Shown: positions 31,249 through 41,173 of the stretch, in pieces
How the letters are laid out: each line of letters opens with the position of its first letter
How positions within the stretch are numbered: position 1 is the stretch's first letter
Origin: Opitutaceae bacterium
Lineage (GTDB): Bacteria > Verrucomicrobiota > Verrucomicrobiia > Opitutales > Coraliomargaritaceae
Assembly (NCBI GenBank): GCA_009886465.1
Contig: QXZH01000044.1
Location: 8,316 to 71,084, forward strand
Reading direction: 5' to 3'
Length of the DNA stretch: 62,769 nt
Made by a program: the position numbers and the translations under genes
The notes under the pieces: model-generated
Databases searched by the model: none
The model's input: only the letters and a program-made list of their open reading frames with translations
Told to the model about the DNA's origin: nothing

Positions 31249-31329
31249 ATGTAGTTCAGTGGGATGTGGTTGGATTTCCCCTGTTAGTTCTTTCAGGATG
31301 AAATTTTTCTAAAGTTTTTTCAGATTTAT

Positions 31330-31357
31330 TGAACGTCAAGCAGAGTAATACGTCTTA
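31330..31357 (+). promoter_or_regulatory. ECF-sigma-like promoter
   Basis: GAAC (31331-34), 16-nt spacer, CGTCT (31351-55). Confidence 0.45.
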
Positions 31358-31362
31358 TTAAT

Positions 31363-31447
31363 ATACCTTAGTGTTAAATGTTAAGTTTTAAGTGTTAATT
31401 TGTTGTTTGTCATAAACCGCTGCCCAAGCAATTGGGCGGCGTTTTTT
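31363..31447 (+). ncRNA. Candidate small RNA of about 85 nt with heptamer repeats
   Basis: Lies between an ECF-like promoter and an orphan strong terminator; no plus-strand ORF. Confidence 0.45.
31418..31447 (+). terminator. Intrinsic terminator
   Basis: cgctgcccaa-gcaa-ttgggcggcg-tttttt. Confidence 0.85.
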
Positions 31448-31747
31448 GTTCACTAATTATGAGGCAACGAGCGCTGCGGCTCTTGTAATCTCGGCAGCAC
31501 AAAGAGGGAGCCCAGATTCAATAATTTTAATCGAATTAAAAAAGGGGAATGAGATTTTTTGAAGGAAGGACGGGTCGGCTCTAAGAAGACGGCGCCAGCT
31601 CGGGCAGGGCCATCGATATCGATTCCTCAAGATAGTTTATACAATCAGGTGATCGCTTAGCGGCTAGATGTGTCGAACCTTATTTATATGACAGTAGACC
31701 TGTTAAAGAGGTGTTGCCAGATTTGTGGCATTACACATATTAATAAT

Positions 31748-32200
31748 ATGCCCCTAAACAAAGTATCTGTTTCTAGACTCCTAAGTGAAAAAAGTGCTTC
31801 GATCTTCTGTGTGACCGAAGAGACGTCCATTGAACAAGCAGTTTCTGAGATGAACCGGCAGCGCATAGGTTCCATCCTCGTTAAAAAGGGTAGTTCTGTT
31901 TGTGGTATTTTTACCGAGCGCGACGTTTTGACCCGCGTAGTATCTGCAGGACGCGATCCAAAGGCAACCCAGGTGCGTGATGTTATGACTGAGAGTTTTC
32001 AGTTCATCTGTCCCGATACTTCGGTGGAGGACGCGATGCAGATGATGACGAACAAGCGCGTCCGCCACCTGCCAGTCTTGGAGGATGGCCAACTTCGCGG
32101 AATGATTTCGATCGGCGACGTCACGCGGTGGCTATTAAAAGTAAATGAGATGGAAGCGGAGAATTTGCGGCGCTATGTTTTCGCTGAGTATCCAGGGTAA
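31748..32200 (+). CDS. Stand-alone CBS-pair protein
   Basis: GIFTERD, VRDVMT, VRHLPV, GMISIGD; ATG at 31748 preferred. Confidence 0.9.
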   Translation: MPLNKVSVSRLLSEKSASIFCVTEETSIEQAVSEMNRQRIGSILVKKGSSVCGIFTERDVLTRVVSAGRDPKATQVRDVMTESFQFICPDTSVEDAMQMMTNKRVRHLPVLEDGQLRGMISIGDVTRWLLKVNEMEAENLRRYVFAEYPG

Positions 32201-32287
32201 TTTGCTATCGGCTTGACTCAATGCATCTAGTTTCGGGACACTACAAACTCACCTCTTCAACAAGCTAATTAATCAGAAGGACAGACT

Positions 32288-32599
32288 ATGGCAGGCGTCG
32301 GTAAATTACTCAAACAAGCACAAAAAATGCAAAAACAGATGGAGGCCATACAGGCCAAGCTCGCCGAAACCATTTTGGAGGTTTCTAGTGGTGGCGGTGC
32401 CATCAATGTTAAGATCAACGGGCAAGGCGATTTCCAAGGCTTTAAGATCGACCCCGAATTTTTAAAAGAAGACGCTGACTTCATTGAAGAGACGCTCCTC
32501 TCAGCTGTCCAAGAAGCTGCAGTCAAAGCTAAGGAAACCAGCGAAGAAGCAATGGGTTCAGTGACTGGCGGTATGGGTGGCTTCCCAGGGTTAATGTAG
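32288..32599 (+). CDS. ybaB: YbaB/EbfC nucleoid-associated protein
   Basis: LLKQAQKMQ, SSGGGAINV, upstream of recR. Confidence 0.93.
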   Translation: MAGVGKLLKQAQKMQKQMEAIQAKLAETILEVSSGGGAINVKINGQGDFQGFKIDPEFLKEDADFIEETLLSAVQEAAVKAKETSEEAMGSVTGGMGGFPGLM

Positions 32600-32671
32600 G
32601 TTCTTTGTCGTCGGTTGCCTTATTTGTCCTCTCCTCTCTGGCCTCTGTCTACTGCCTCCTGATCTCTGCAA

Positions 32672-33268
32672 ATGACACCTGCCTACGATTTGCTGCTCCA
32701 GCAACTTAAACGCCTACCAGGTTTGGGCTATCGCTCCGCTGAGCGAGTGGCTATGCATTTGTTAGTCGAAAAACCCGATACGATGCCCGATCTATTGGAT
32801 GCTATGAAGCTAGCGCGGGAGGCCGTTTGCCGCTGTCAGATATGCGGTAACATGGCTGAGAGTGAGCATTGCCCTATTTGCGAAGACGGTAACCGCGACG
32901 CTAGCACGATCTGCGTGGTCGAGCATGTTCCCGATTTAATCGCGATCGAGCGTTCCAGCGCTTGGAAAGCACGCTACCACGTGTTGCATGGCAAACTCTC
33001 TCCAATTCATGGAGTTGGCCCAGAGCAGCTTAATTTAAAAAACCTTCAAGCACGAATCCAAACTGGGGAAGTCACTGAGCTAGTCCTCGCACTCTCCAAC
33101 GACATCGAAGGGCAGGCAACTTGTCATTTCATTCAAGAAGAGCTGCTAGAGGATCGGCCGATTAAAGTCTCTCGTATCGGCTTCGGCCTACCCAGCGGTG
33201 GCGGCGTTACTTACGCGGACTCGGTCACACTGCGCAGCGCGCTTGAAGGCCGCCGCACTTACGAATAG
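32672..33268 (+). CDS. recR: Recombination mediator RecR
   Basis: LPGLGYRSAER, C4 zinc finger, YHVLHG, TOPRIM EGQAT. Confidence 0.96.
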   Translation: MTPAYDLLLQQLKRLPGLGYRSAERVAMHLLVEKPDTMPDLLDAMKLAREAVCRCQICGNMAESEHCPICEDGNRDASTICVVEHVPDLIAIERSSAWKARYHVLHGKLSPIHGVGPEQLNLKNLQARIQTGEVTELVLALSNDIEGQATCHFIQEELLEDRPIKVSRIGFGLPSGGGVTYADSVTLRSALEGRRTYE

Positions 33269-33273
33269 TCCCC

Positions 33274-33912
33274 ATGATACAATTTTCCATCTTAGGCATT
33301 CCCGTTCGCGTAGAGCCATGGTTCTGGATCACGATGGCTTTTATTGGAGGTGGCCTCCATGCCACCAATTCAACTGATATTTTGCTGGTGCTTGTCTTCG
33401 TCTTTGCGGGCTTTCTATCTATCATGATACATGAGCTCGGGCACGCGCTCACCATACGAAGATATGGCCTGCCTGCAGCCATTACCCTGCAAGCCTTCGG
33501 TGGCTTTGCCTCCTTCCCCTCAGGTAAGCTTGATCGCAAGCAGTCATTCGTGGTCACTGCGGCGGGTCCTGCTCTGCAGTTCGTATTTGGTGTCCTCCTT
33601 ATTATCCTTGCTCCCAATCTTTCGATTCCGGAAGGTTCCCTCTTTCTTCCCTTCCTCAGAGATTTGATTTGGGTCAGTATCGCATGGTCGATCCTAAATT
33701 GTCTGCCCGTCTATCCGATGGATGGCGGGCAAATGATGGCCGCGATTCTTGGACCTAAGAAGCAGCACTACGTCTATTTGATCAGTTCTATCGTCGCAGT
33801 CGCTGTCGGTATCGCTGGCTACCTCTATCTTGGCACAATCCTATTACCCATTTTCATGGCGCTCTTCGCCTGGCAAAATTGGCAGTCTTACCAAGCTTCT
33901 TCTCCCCAGTAG
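33274..33912 (+). CDS. Site-2 protease (M50)
   Basis: HELGH, AAGP, NCLPVYPMDGG. Confidence 0.9.
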   Translation: MIQFSILGIPVRVEPWFWITMAFIGGGLHATNSTDILLVLVFVFAGFLSIMIHELGHALTIRRYGLPAAITLQAFGGFASFPSGKLDRKQSFVVTAAGPALQFVFGVLLIILAPNLSIPEGSLFLPFLRDLIWVSIAWSILNCLPVYPMDGGQMMAAILGPKKQHYVYLISSIVAVAVGIAGYLYLGTILLPIFMALFAWQNWQSYQASSPQ

Positions 33913-33970
33913 CAATTGTTTACCGAATTGTATCCTTTCCATTTCCACTGCCCACGGTTTTATATGAGCC

Positions 33971-34336
33971 ATGAAAATTGCTAAAATAGTCCTCAAAGAA
34001 CTGGTTTTTTTCGCCCGGCATGGGCTCCTCGAAGAAGAAGCAAAGCTAGGGCAACGCTTCCGCCTGAATGTAGTCGTCGAGCTGGAACCTTCACTCGATT
34101 TGGCAGCAGATACTCCAGACTCTACGGTGAATTACGTGGAGCTTTACGCAACGATCAAAGAGATTTTTACCGAGCAACGTTTTAATATGATCGAGGCGGC
34201 AGCCGATGCCATCGCAGTCGGCATACTTGAACGTTTCGCCAAGCTTGTATCGGTTACGGTAGAAGTGAAAAAACCCTCAGTGCCTGTTGACTGTGCTTGC
34301 GACTACTTCGCTGCGGAGGTGACGCGATGTCGCTAG
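33971..34336 (+). CDS. folB: Dihydroneopterin aldolase
   Basis: HGLLEEEAKLGQRF, TVNY, NMIE, VKKP. Confidence 0.92.
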   Translation: MKIAKIVLKELVFFARHGLLEEEAKLGQRFRLNVVVELEPSLDLAADTPDSTVNYVELYATIKEIFTEQRFNMIEAAADAIAVGILERFAKLVSVTVEVKKPSVPVDCACDYFAAEVTRCR

Positions 34337-34827
34337 TGCATGCCTACATCGCGCTCGGCAGCAACCTGGGTGATCGTTTAGGGCAAATGCAGTTTGCGCT
34401 CAAAGCTTTAACGGCGAATGATCAGCTCAAAGTTTTACAAATTAGTCCTGTTTATGAGAACCGTGCAGTTGGCATGGGGGAGGCCGATGACTTCCTCAAC
34501 GCAATGGCTGAGGTCGAGACCTCGATGGCACCACTTGAATTGCTCGACTTTTGTCTCGAAGTGGAGTCGAAGCTCGGCCGAGTGCGCACAAAGGAGTGGG
34601 CGCCGCGCACCATCGATCTAGACATCATCGCTTACGGGGATGAAGTCATCGAACACAAGCGCCTTCAAGTGCCTCACCCACGCATCGCTGAGCGTGACTT
34701 CGTCGTGCATCCACTCTGCGCCATCGCGCCGAATTTGGAGATTCGAGGTCAACGCGTAGCTCATATGGCTGCGGCTTTGCCGATGGACAGGTTGACGCTC
34801 TGCGAATTGAAACTTGAACTTGTCTAG
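34327..34827 (+). CDS. folK: HPPK pyrophosphokinase
   Basis: YIALGSNLG, FLNA, PRTIDLDII, VPHP; ATG at 34327. Confidence 0.95.
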   Translation: MSLVHAYIALGSNLGDRLGQMQFALKALTANDQLKVLQISPVYENRAVGMGEADDFLNAMAEVETSMAPLELLDFCLEVESKLGRVRTKEWAPRTIDLDIIAYGDEVIEHKRLQVPHPRIAERDFVVHPLCAIAPNLEIRGQRVAHMAAALPMDRLTLCELKLELV

Positions 34828-34936
34828 GGCTCTGATCCTAGCTTGGAGGGCTGCTAGCAGCTGACCATAGATACATAAATCATTCTCCACGCGCAACCTG
34901 AAGCTCGAACACCAACCCAGACAGACCATTTAGACA

Positions 34937-35236
34937 ATGAAACCACAAATCGAAATCGAATATTGCCCAGGCTGCGGTTGGCTCCTCCGTGCGGGGTGGA
35001 TAGCGCAGGAACTTTTGACCACCTTCGAAGCCGAGCTTGGCGCGGTAACACTACGCCCTTCCGAGACAAGTGGCACCTTTCGTGTTAGCTTGGAAGGCGA
35101 CCTGATCTGGGATCGAAAGACGGAGGCTCGTTTCCCTGAAATCAAAGAGTTGAAGCAATGCGTGCGCGACCATATTGCGCCAGAGCGCTATCTTGGGCAC
35201 AGCGATACAGACGAGAGGCATAAAATTAGCGAATGA
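34937..35236 (+). CDS. SelT/SelW/SelH (Rdx) family protein, Cys form
   Basis: IEYCPGCGWLLRAGWIAQELLTTF, FPEIKELKQ. Confidence 0.9.
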   Translation: MKPQIEIEYCPGCGWLLRAGWIAQELLTTFEAELGAVTLRPSETSGTFRVSLEGDLIWDRKTEARFPEIKELKQCVRDHIAPERYLGHSDTDERHKISE

Positions 35237-35288
35237 ACGTTCTCAAAAAGCAAACCCTGCGCGGCTGATCAATTACCCACCTCAGTTT

Positions 35289-36245
35289 TCACTTAAGCCA
35301 CTTTTTCCAGCTATCACGGTAGTCTTCCGCATTCCGCCAATCGACGATGCGGGGCTTGGTACGGATGATGGTATCTTGAGGAGTTTGTTCATTATAAAGC
35401 TTCTCAATCATGGTCTCGACGCTCTTATATCCCCAATCGTAGTAGGGGTGGACGACGAGCGCATCGAGGTAGCCTTGATCGACGTAGATGAAGGCAGAAG
35501 GTGAGGACTGAATGGCGACGACGGGTAGTTTGCCAGGCTTCCAAGGGAGCGCGGGCATACCGAGTAGCGGCCAATCTTCTAGAAAGACCCAGCCCTTGAT
35601 CAGGTCGTTGCGGTCGGCCTCTTCTGCTGCACGGATTGCTTCGATCGCAGAAAGATAGTCGGGCGCACAAGTGATCGTCGTCTCGATGTGTCGGTAGCTA
35701 AGCACCTCGCGTAGACCGGTCATACGCTGCTCTAGCTCCGCGCTTGGTGTCGCGCTAGTGAGTATCGCGACGCGAGCCTTTGTGGGAAGTTTGCTCAGAA
35801 TCGAGCGGCCTGCTAAGCGGCCAGCTTCGACCTCGTCTGCCAACACAGATGTGAGTGATTCACGGTCGGAGAGTTGGCTCTCGAAAAAGACGACTTCTTG
35901 ACCTTGTAGTAAGGCAAAGTCTATGGATGCGCCGACGGCTTCAGTTTTTTCCGGACTGATGATTAGACCGTCCGCATCTTTAATGAAGAGTTCGGCTAGC
36001 GAATTCATTTGGCTGCCTCCTTGAGTCTTATCTGGAGTGTAAATAACTACTTCAATGTCGATCGAATACTTTTTGCTGAGTTCAAGTGCTGCGGTTTGAG
36101 CCCCTTCTTGGGCGGCTTGGTAGATGACGTTCTCTTGGTCACGCCCGACAAAGCCGATCTTAAACTCGCCGAGCAGTTCACGGTTTTGAGCTTCGAGGAC
36201 GGTGCACCAAAATAGGGCAGCTAGGAGAGTGAGTCGTTGCAGCAT
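35289..36245 (-). CDS. Periplasmic sugar-binding protein (type I fold)
   Basis: Signal peptide, DADGLIISP, ADEVEAGRLAG, PYYDWGYKSV. Confidence 0.8.
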   Translation of the reverse strand: MLQRLTLLAALFWCTVLEAQNRELLGEFKIGFVGRDQENVIYQAAQEGAQTAALELSKKYSIDIEVVIYTPDKTQGGSQMNSLAELFIKDADGLIISPEKTEAVGASIDFALLQGQEVVFFESQLSDRESLTSVLADEVEAGRLAGRSILSKLPTKARVAILTSATPSAELEQRMTGLREVLSYRHIETTITCAPDYLSAIEAIRAAEEADRNDLIKGWVFLEDWPLLGMPALPWKPGKLPVVAIQSSPSAFIYVDQGYLDALVVHPYYDWGYKSVETMIEKLYNEQTPQDTIIRTKPRIVDWRNAEDYRDSWKKWLK

Positions 36246-36300
36246 TGTTATCTAATGTAGGAATCTTTAAATACATTTGGCAACTGGCTTTGTTCGCTTT

Positions 36301-37689
36301 TTAGCGAGGCATCCGAGCCAAACTCTCTGCGAGGCCACCTTCGCGGTAATACTGACGCCATTGTGTAGCGAAGTCCTTAGCTAATTGAGCTTTGCTTTCG
36401 GAGGCAGTCTTATTGAGACAACGCTCCAAGCCTGCTCGATTTAACCGTATAGAGAGTGCGATTTCGGGATCAAGCCCGTCAGTCAAGATCGCGTTCAATG
36501 CCTCGCCACATTTTGTGAGTTGGGTCGGATTGGTCAGAGGGAGTAGGGTGTCTTTAAGTTGTTTTTCGTTCGCAAAGAAAGCACTGTTTAAAAAACTATT
36601 CGGCGGTGAGGGCTGCGTGAGCAGACCGTCGATCTGACCTAGGGCGCAGATGCTCGTGCCATGTCCTTTTGGTTCACCCGGGTAGAAGAGGGTATCGATT
36701 ATTTCGGCCAATTCTGCCTCGTCGAGAGTTTGCCCATGACTCTCTGCCGCTGCGATGATGAGCGCGGGGTAGAGGGTGAACCAAGGCTGGTGATGCCCGT
36801 TGTCGCCCCATGCGGTGAGGAGCAGACCCCGTGCTCCGTGAGCATGACCTTGTTTGGCAGCTTGGTGGATATTAGCCTTGGCCACTTCTAGGCGACCAGA
36901 AAAGGAATTCCAATTGCCCGCACCAGGCGCGACGTAGAATTGATCACGGAACCCGGCCTCGGTTATGATGCGGCATTGTTCCGCAAATGGGGAGTCGGCC
37001 TCGTAGCCCCAGATGACTGGGATAACACCTTTGGGTAATTCCGACACCAAATCGGGACGTTCCATGATAATATCTGCCCAGAGCTGGGGCGTTCGCCCGT
37101 ATTTTTCCGCGACCTCACAAACGCGCCTCATATAATCAAGATACACCCGATGCTTGCCCACCTTATCAGCCAAGTTTTTACTACGCCCTTTGCCTAATTC
37201 CCAAGGTTCGTCGCCGCCCACATGGACTTGTTTCGATTTAAAATTGGGGAGTAGTTCGCTGAAGAGCTGATCGATAAAGTCGAGGCTTTCTGTAGATGGA
37301 TGGAGCGTGCTGGGGTGTTTTGCTTCTCCCGAGATGGGATGAATGAATCCGTCTGGTGATTCCGCTAAGTGTCGGTATTGGGGATGCCGCAGCCAGCGCT
37401 CCATATGGCCGAAGGAGTTTTGATTTGGCACTAGTTCGATGCCACGATCTGCGCAGTAGCTGTCGAGTTCGAGTATCTCGCTGGCTGTTAACGGCGAGGC
37501 ATTCTGCCAAACCGTTTCGTGCTCAGCGTAGGCGAAGGTGTGTTCCGTATAGAGTTGTAGCTCGTTATATTTAAGCGCTTGCAGAGCATCAATCAAGCTG
37601 TGGAGTGTTGCCATCGTCGGCACTCGGTTGCGACTAATGTCGAGCATCAGACCACGACGATCAAAGAGAGCGGTATTATTTAACAACAT
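36301..37689 (-). CDS. Glycoside hydrolase family 20 (beta-hexosaminidase-like)
   Basis: [20 protein letters not shown], catalytic HVGGDE; ATG at 37689 (the longer ORF overlaps the tRNA). Confidence 0.85.
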   Translation of the reverse strand: MLLNNTALFDRRGLMLDISRNRVPTMATLHSLIDALQALKYNELQLYTEHTFAYAEHETVWQNASPLTASEILELDSYCADRGIELVPNQNSFGHMERWLRHPQYRHLAESPDGFIHPISGEAKHPSTLHPSTESLDFIDQLFSELLPNFKSKQVHVGGDEPWELGKGRSKNLADKVGKHRVYLDYMRRVCEVAEKYGRTPQLWADIIMERPDLVSELPKGVIPVIWGYEADSPFAEQCRIITEAGFRDQFYVAPGAGNWNSFSGRLEVAKANIHQAAKQGHAHGARGLLLTAWGDNGHHQPWFTLYPALIIAAAESHGQTLDEAELAEIIDTLFYPGEPKGHGTSICALGQIDGLLTQPSPPNSFLNSAFFANEKQLKDTLLPLTNPTQLTKCGEALNAILTDGLDPEIALSIRLNRAGLERCLNKTASESKAQLAKDFATQWRQYYREGGLAESLARMPR

Positions 37690-37695
37690 TGGCAG

Positions 37696-37727
37696 AAAAA
37701 AATGGCACGCTCTGGAGGAAGCGTGCC
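37696..37727 (-). terminator. Terminator of tRNA-Pro
   Basis: ggcacgct/agcgtgcc stem with a 7-T tail on the minus strand. Confidence 0.75.
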
Positions 37728-37737
37728 GTATTTCCCA

Positions 37738-37815
<78 letters not shown>

Positions 37816-37831
37816 ACGAGAAAGATTGCGA

Positions 37832-37859
37832 AAGATGGACGAGCACTGGGGTGCGTCAA
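37832..37859 (-). promoter_or_regulatory. Sigma70-like promoter of tRNA-Pro
   Basis: TTGACG-N16-CATCTT. Confidence 0.45.
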
Positions 37860-37870
37860 GTCTTTATCCT

Positions 37871-39619
37871 TTATTGACTCAGGGAAACTCGAAGGAAGGC
37901 TTGTTCATGTGATGAAAGAGGAGCCACTCTTCGGTAGGTGTAGCGATCGTAGTCGCCAGTTTCAGATGAGACACTTATGAGTTCGACTTCGCTATTCGAG
38001 CTGCTCCAGTTTCCATTAAGATCAGTGACAGTCTCTACTGCGTAGTTGAGGCCATTTTCAAAGTCCGGCTTACGATAGCTTATTTGCAGATAGCTTTGGC
38101 CGCCGTCCTCAATGGTTTCACTAATGGGGAGAATACTCAGGTCGCTTGTTTCAGGGTCGCCGCCGAAGGCTTGTTCAAGCTGATTCTCTATGCCGTCGCC
38201 ATCTGGGTCGTCGATGGGGTCTTGTTCAGTTGACGGCGTGATGCTAGTGAACGCGGTAGAACTCCATAGTGTATAGTCCTGGTAGAGCTCGCTTCGCCAC
38301 GCGATGGCGTATTGCACAGCATCGTCCGTTGCAACGGTCAAAGTGTAGCTGCCAGCCTCGAGTTCGCTTCCTGAATCTCTCCAAATATGTTCAATGTTGT
38401 CGACTGCGCTGTCGCTGCTCTGTAGGATGGAATCATCGCTGTCTTCAGTCAGTTCTAGGCTCATGTTTGCAAGTGATGGATTGAACAAAGGTCCTTGTTT
38501 TTTTACTTTGCGATTCCATGTGATGAGGACTGAGAGCCTTCGCAATCTAAAGCCGCTAGAGATATTGATTGTGTAGGCCTCGCTGCTGTTGCTAGATAAA
38601 TTAGCTAGGTTCCAACCATGCGTGCCGATTGTGCTGCCTACAATTTGTTGGCCACCTTGTTGGATGAAATAACTCTGGTAAATATCTAGTTCACCTGCGC
38701 CATAAACATCATCAATCGGGCGGGTGGGTGTTTGATCCCAATTTGCTGATATGGATTTATCGGCTCCTGCCAGTAGAATGGCTTTTAGAGTCAGCTGGTC
38801 TTTAGCGGCGGTGTTTGATCCTGCCGCGTCAATTAAGAAGGCAGCCGCAGCAGTGATAATGGGTGTGGCGAAACTTGTGTATTGCGTAGCTGGATCACTC
38901 CCAGGAATGCCTCCGGGCGCGACGATATCTGGCTTTGTGCGCCCTGCTCCGTCGTAAGTAGTCGTTCCATAGCGGTGGGTGCCATCGCTGACGCCTACCG
39001 TAATGCCGTTGTAAATGCTGCCGTAGGTGTCCGGTATGTCGGAGGCTGTTGTTTGTTCGCCAAAGTCTGAATTATAGATACCTACGATCGGTAAAAATCC
39101 ATCTCTATTCACTGCGTAATCCATCCGACGGGGCGCGGCGATGCTATTTGTTAACCAGGTCACCCAACTGTGATTTTGAAGAGGGTTGGACTCGGTAGAA
39201 GGAGTGCCCAAATACCATCCGCTGTTTAAGAAGTTATTCGTCTCATAGACAGAAATAGCGGTGATTCCCGGAGAGATAGAGGATGTGTTCCCGTAAAGAT
39301 TGCGACCGACCCATGTTCCATGATCGGAAGGATCCTGTCCTAAGTTTGAGACATCTGTTATAGTTTTTCCGCTAAACTCTGAACTAGAGGGATTTGGTCT
39401 GTAGCCCTCATTGCTTTCAAGTAAGTCATTCTTGTTGGTATCTTCTCTGGCTTCGACCTGAGTTACGCCTACTCCGGCACCAGTGGGCACTGGAATAACC
39501 CTCAGGTTCAATTCATTTACGAGTTCGGTATAGCGCACCTCATTCTTGTAGGCCGCCGACAGATTAACGATTGGTAATAGAACTAGGCAAACGGCTGTTT
39601 TGTGGAAGCGGGAAAACAT
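37871..39619 (-). CDS. Secreted S8 (subtilisin-like) peptidase with Verrucomicrobia-type C-terminal domain
   Basis: Signal peptide, [28 protein letters not shown]; C-terminal DPDGDG...YAVETVTDL...FLRV. Confidence 0.82.
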   Translation of the reverse strand: MFSRFHKTAVCLVLLPIVNLSAAYKNEVRYTELVNELNLRVIPVPTGAGVGVTQVEAREDTNKNDLLESNEGYRPNPSSSEFSGKTITDVSNLGQDPSDHGTWVGRNLYGNTSSISPGITAISVYETNNFLNSGWYLGTPSTESNPLQNHSWVTWLTNSIAAPRRMDYAVNRDGFLPIVGIYNSDFGEQTTASDIPDTYGSIYNGITVGVSDGTHRYGTTTYDGAGRTKPDIVAPGGIPGSDPATQYTSFATPIITAAAAFLIDAAGSNTAAKDQLTLKAILLAGADKSISANWDQTPTRPIDDVYGAGELDIYQSYFIQQGGQQIVGSTIGTHGWNLANLSSNSSEAYTINISSGFRLRRLSVLITWNRKVKKQGPLFNPSLANMSLELTEDSDDSILQSSDSAVDNIEHIWRDSGSELEAGSYTLTVATDDAVQYAIAWRSELYQDYTLWSSTAFTSITPSTEQDPIDDPDGDGIENQLEQAFGGDPETSDLSILPISETIEDGGQSYLQISYRKPDFENGLNYAVETVTDLNGNWSSSNSEVELISVSSETGDYDRYTYRRVAPLSSHEQAFLRVSLSQ

Positions 39620-39700
39620 AGGGTATAGACTCTATTTTCTAGAGTCCGGTCTGGAATGCAATCCATAGAAATACGAAAAATCTGTAAATTTTTCAGTTAC

Positions 39701-39732
39701 AAAAAAGCCCAAGCAATAAGCTTGGGCCTTTT
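39701..39732 (-). terminator. Intrinsic terminator after the zinc peptidase gene
   Basis: gcccaagc/gcttgggc stem with a 6-T tail on the minus strand. Confidence 0.8.
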
Positions 39733-39755
39733 GTAAATTTAATATTACGAGTTTT

Positions 39756-40418
39756 TTATCTTCGTGCTAAGAAGTAGAGCAACCATCCGAGGCTGCTAAC
39801 GAACGCAGCCACATAGGTATAGGCAGCTGCATCGAGAGTCTTGGTCACGCCGACGAGTTCGTCTTGGTCGACGATGCCGAGGCCAACGAGTTGTGCTTTG
39901 GCTCGCCTACTGGCGTCAAACTCCACTGGGAGAGTGACGAGTTGGAAAACGGTGAGCACTAGATAAACCGCAATGCCGAGGTAAATGGTGATCGGGCCAA
40001 AACCTAAGAAAAACCCGCCAAACATGATGACTGGCAAAAACTGCGAGGCAAATCCAGTGATTGGAACGAGCGTCATGCGCAAATTAAGCGGTGCATACTC
40101 CTGCTTGTGCTGAATGGCGTGACCAGCTTCGTGGGCGGCAACTCCCAGGGCTGCGAGGCTAGAGCCTTGGAAATTATCCTGACTCAGTGCGAGTCGCTTT
40201 TTGCTCGGATCATAGTGATCAGTCAAGGTGCCGTGGCATTCGACGATTTCGACGTCGTGGATGCCGGCACTCTCCATCACTGCTTGGGCGGCTTCTCGCC
40301 CTGTGATTCTGCCACGAGAGGGCACCTGCACATATTTACCGTAGGTGCTTTTGACCTTCGTCTGCGCCCAGAGTCCAACAAGGATTGGTATAATGATAAA
40401 AAAGATAATTGGTGACAT
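39756..40418 (-). CDS. Neutral zinc metallopeptidase (YugP family)
   Basis: LTDHYDP, AAHEAGHAIQ, TLPVEFDASRRA, AAAYTYVA. Confidence 0.92.
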   Translation of the reverse strand: MSPIIFFIIIPILVGLWAQTKVKSTYGKYVQVPSRGRITGREAAQAVMESAGIHDVEIVECHGTLTDHYDPSKKRLALSQDNFQGSSLAALGVAAHEAGHAIQHKQEYAPLNLRMTLVPITGFASQFLPVIMFGGFFLGFGPITIYLGIAVYLVLTVFQLVTLPVEFDASRRAKAQLVGLGIVDQDELVGVTKTLDAAAYTYVAAFVSSLGWLLYFLARR

Positions 40419-40592
40419 AATGTGTGGTATTTATTTCTGGGAACTTTAGCGGCAATTCGAGTTCCAAATGGTAGCGTATTTTATTGCAAGAGTTCGAATA
40501 AGTCGAATTTTTTCCGGTTTTATAGCAATACTATCTCGCACAGACGACCTTATCTGCTAGACATACGTAATAATCCTCAAAAATTAAATACT

Positions 40593-41039
40593 ATGCGAAA
40601 ATTACTCTCAATTTCTCTTCTCAGTATAATTGTTTTCCATGCCTCTCTTCTAGCAGGCGACGATTGGATGACTGACTTCGCGGCGGCTAAAATTAAAGCA
40701 GCCGCTGAACAAAAGCCGCTTCTTTTGGATTTTACGGGCTCTGACTGGTGCGGTTGGTGTATCAAGTTGGACAAGGAGGTTTTCAGTCAAAAGGCATTTA
40801 AGGAATTTGCGGCCGACAATTTAATTTTGGTCGAGTTGGATTTTCCCCGCGGCGAGGAGCAGTCCGAGGATTTAAAAGCGCAAAACAAGGCATTAGCCGA
40901 AAAATACGGTATTCGTGGGTTCCCCACGATATTGGTGCTCTCTCCCGAGGGGGAATTGATTGAAAAGACCGGTTACCAGCGTGGCGGTCCGGAGGCTTAT
41001 GTCGCACACATAAAAGAGATCCTGGTAGTAGACAAATAG
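40593..41039 (+). CDS. Exported thioredoxin-fold protein
   Basis: Signal peptide, FTGSDWCGWC, GFPT; ATG at 40593. Confidence 0.9.
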   Translation: MRKLLSISLLSIIVFHASLLAGDDWMTDFAAAKIKAAAEQKPLLLDFTGSDWCGWCIKLDKEVFSQKAFKEFAADNLILVELDFPRGEEQSEDLKAQNKALAEKYGIRGFPTILVLSPEGELIEKTGYQRGGPEAYVAHIKEILVVDK

Positions 41040-41173
41040 TTTAGGCATCTCGCCTGTCCGAATTAAAAAATCCCCAAACTTAGGGTTGCTTTTCGTTTTC
41101 TCTCTTTTAATCTGCGCGGCTTCCCAGAATCAGACCGTTTCTTGGAACTGTATTTTTCAATAGATTTTTAGAC

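Noticed and set aside
31382-31413. 10-codon minus-strand ORF MTNNKLTLKT
   Set aside because: Too short, with no supporting signals; the plus-strand promoter and terminator explain the region better
31450-31740. SRP RNA (ffs), often found near ybaB-recR
   Set aside because: No CAGG-GGAA-AGCAG helix-8 motif seen on either strand
34937-35236. Selenoprotein
   Set aside because: The motif is CPGC with Cys codons; no in-frame TGA
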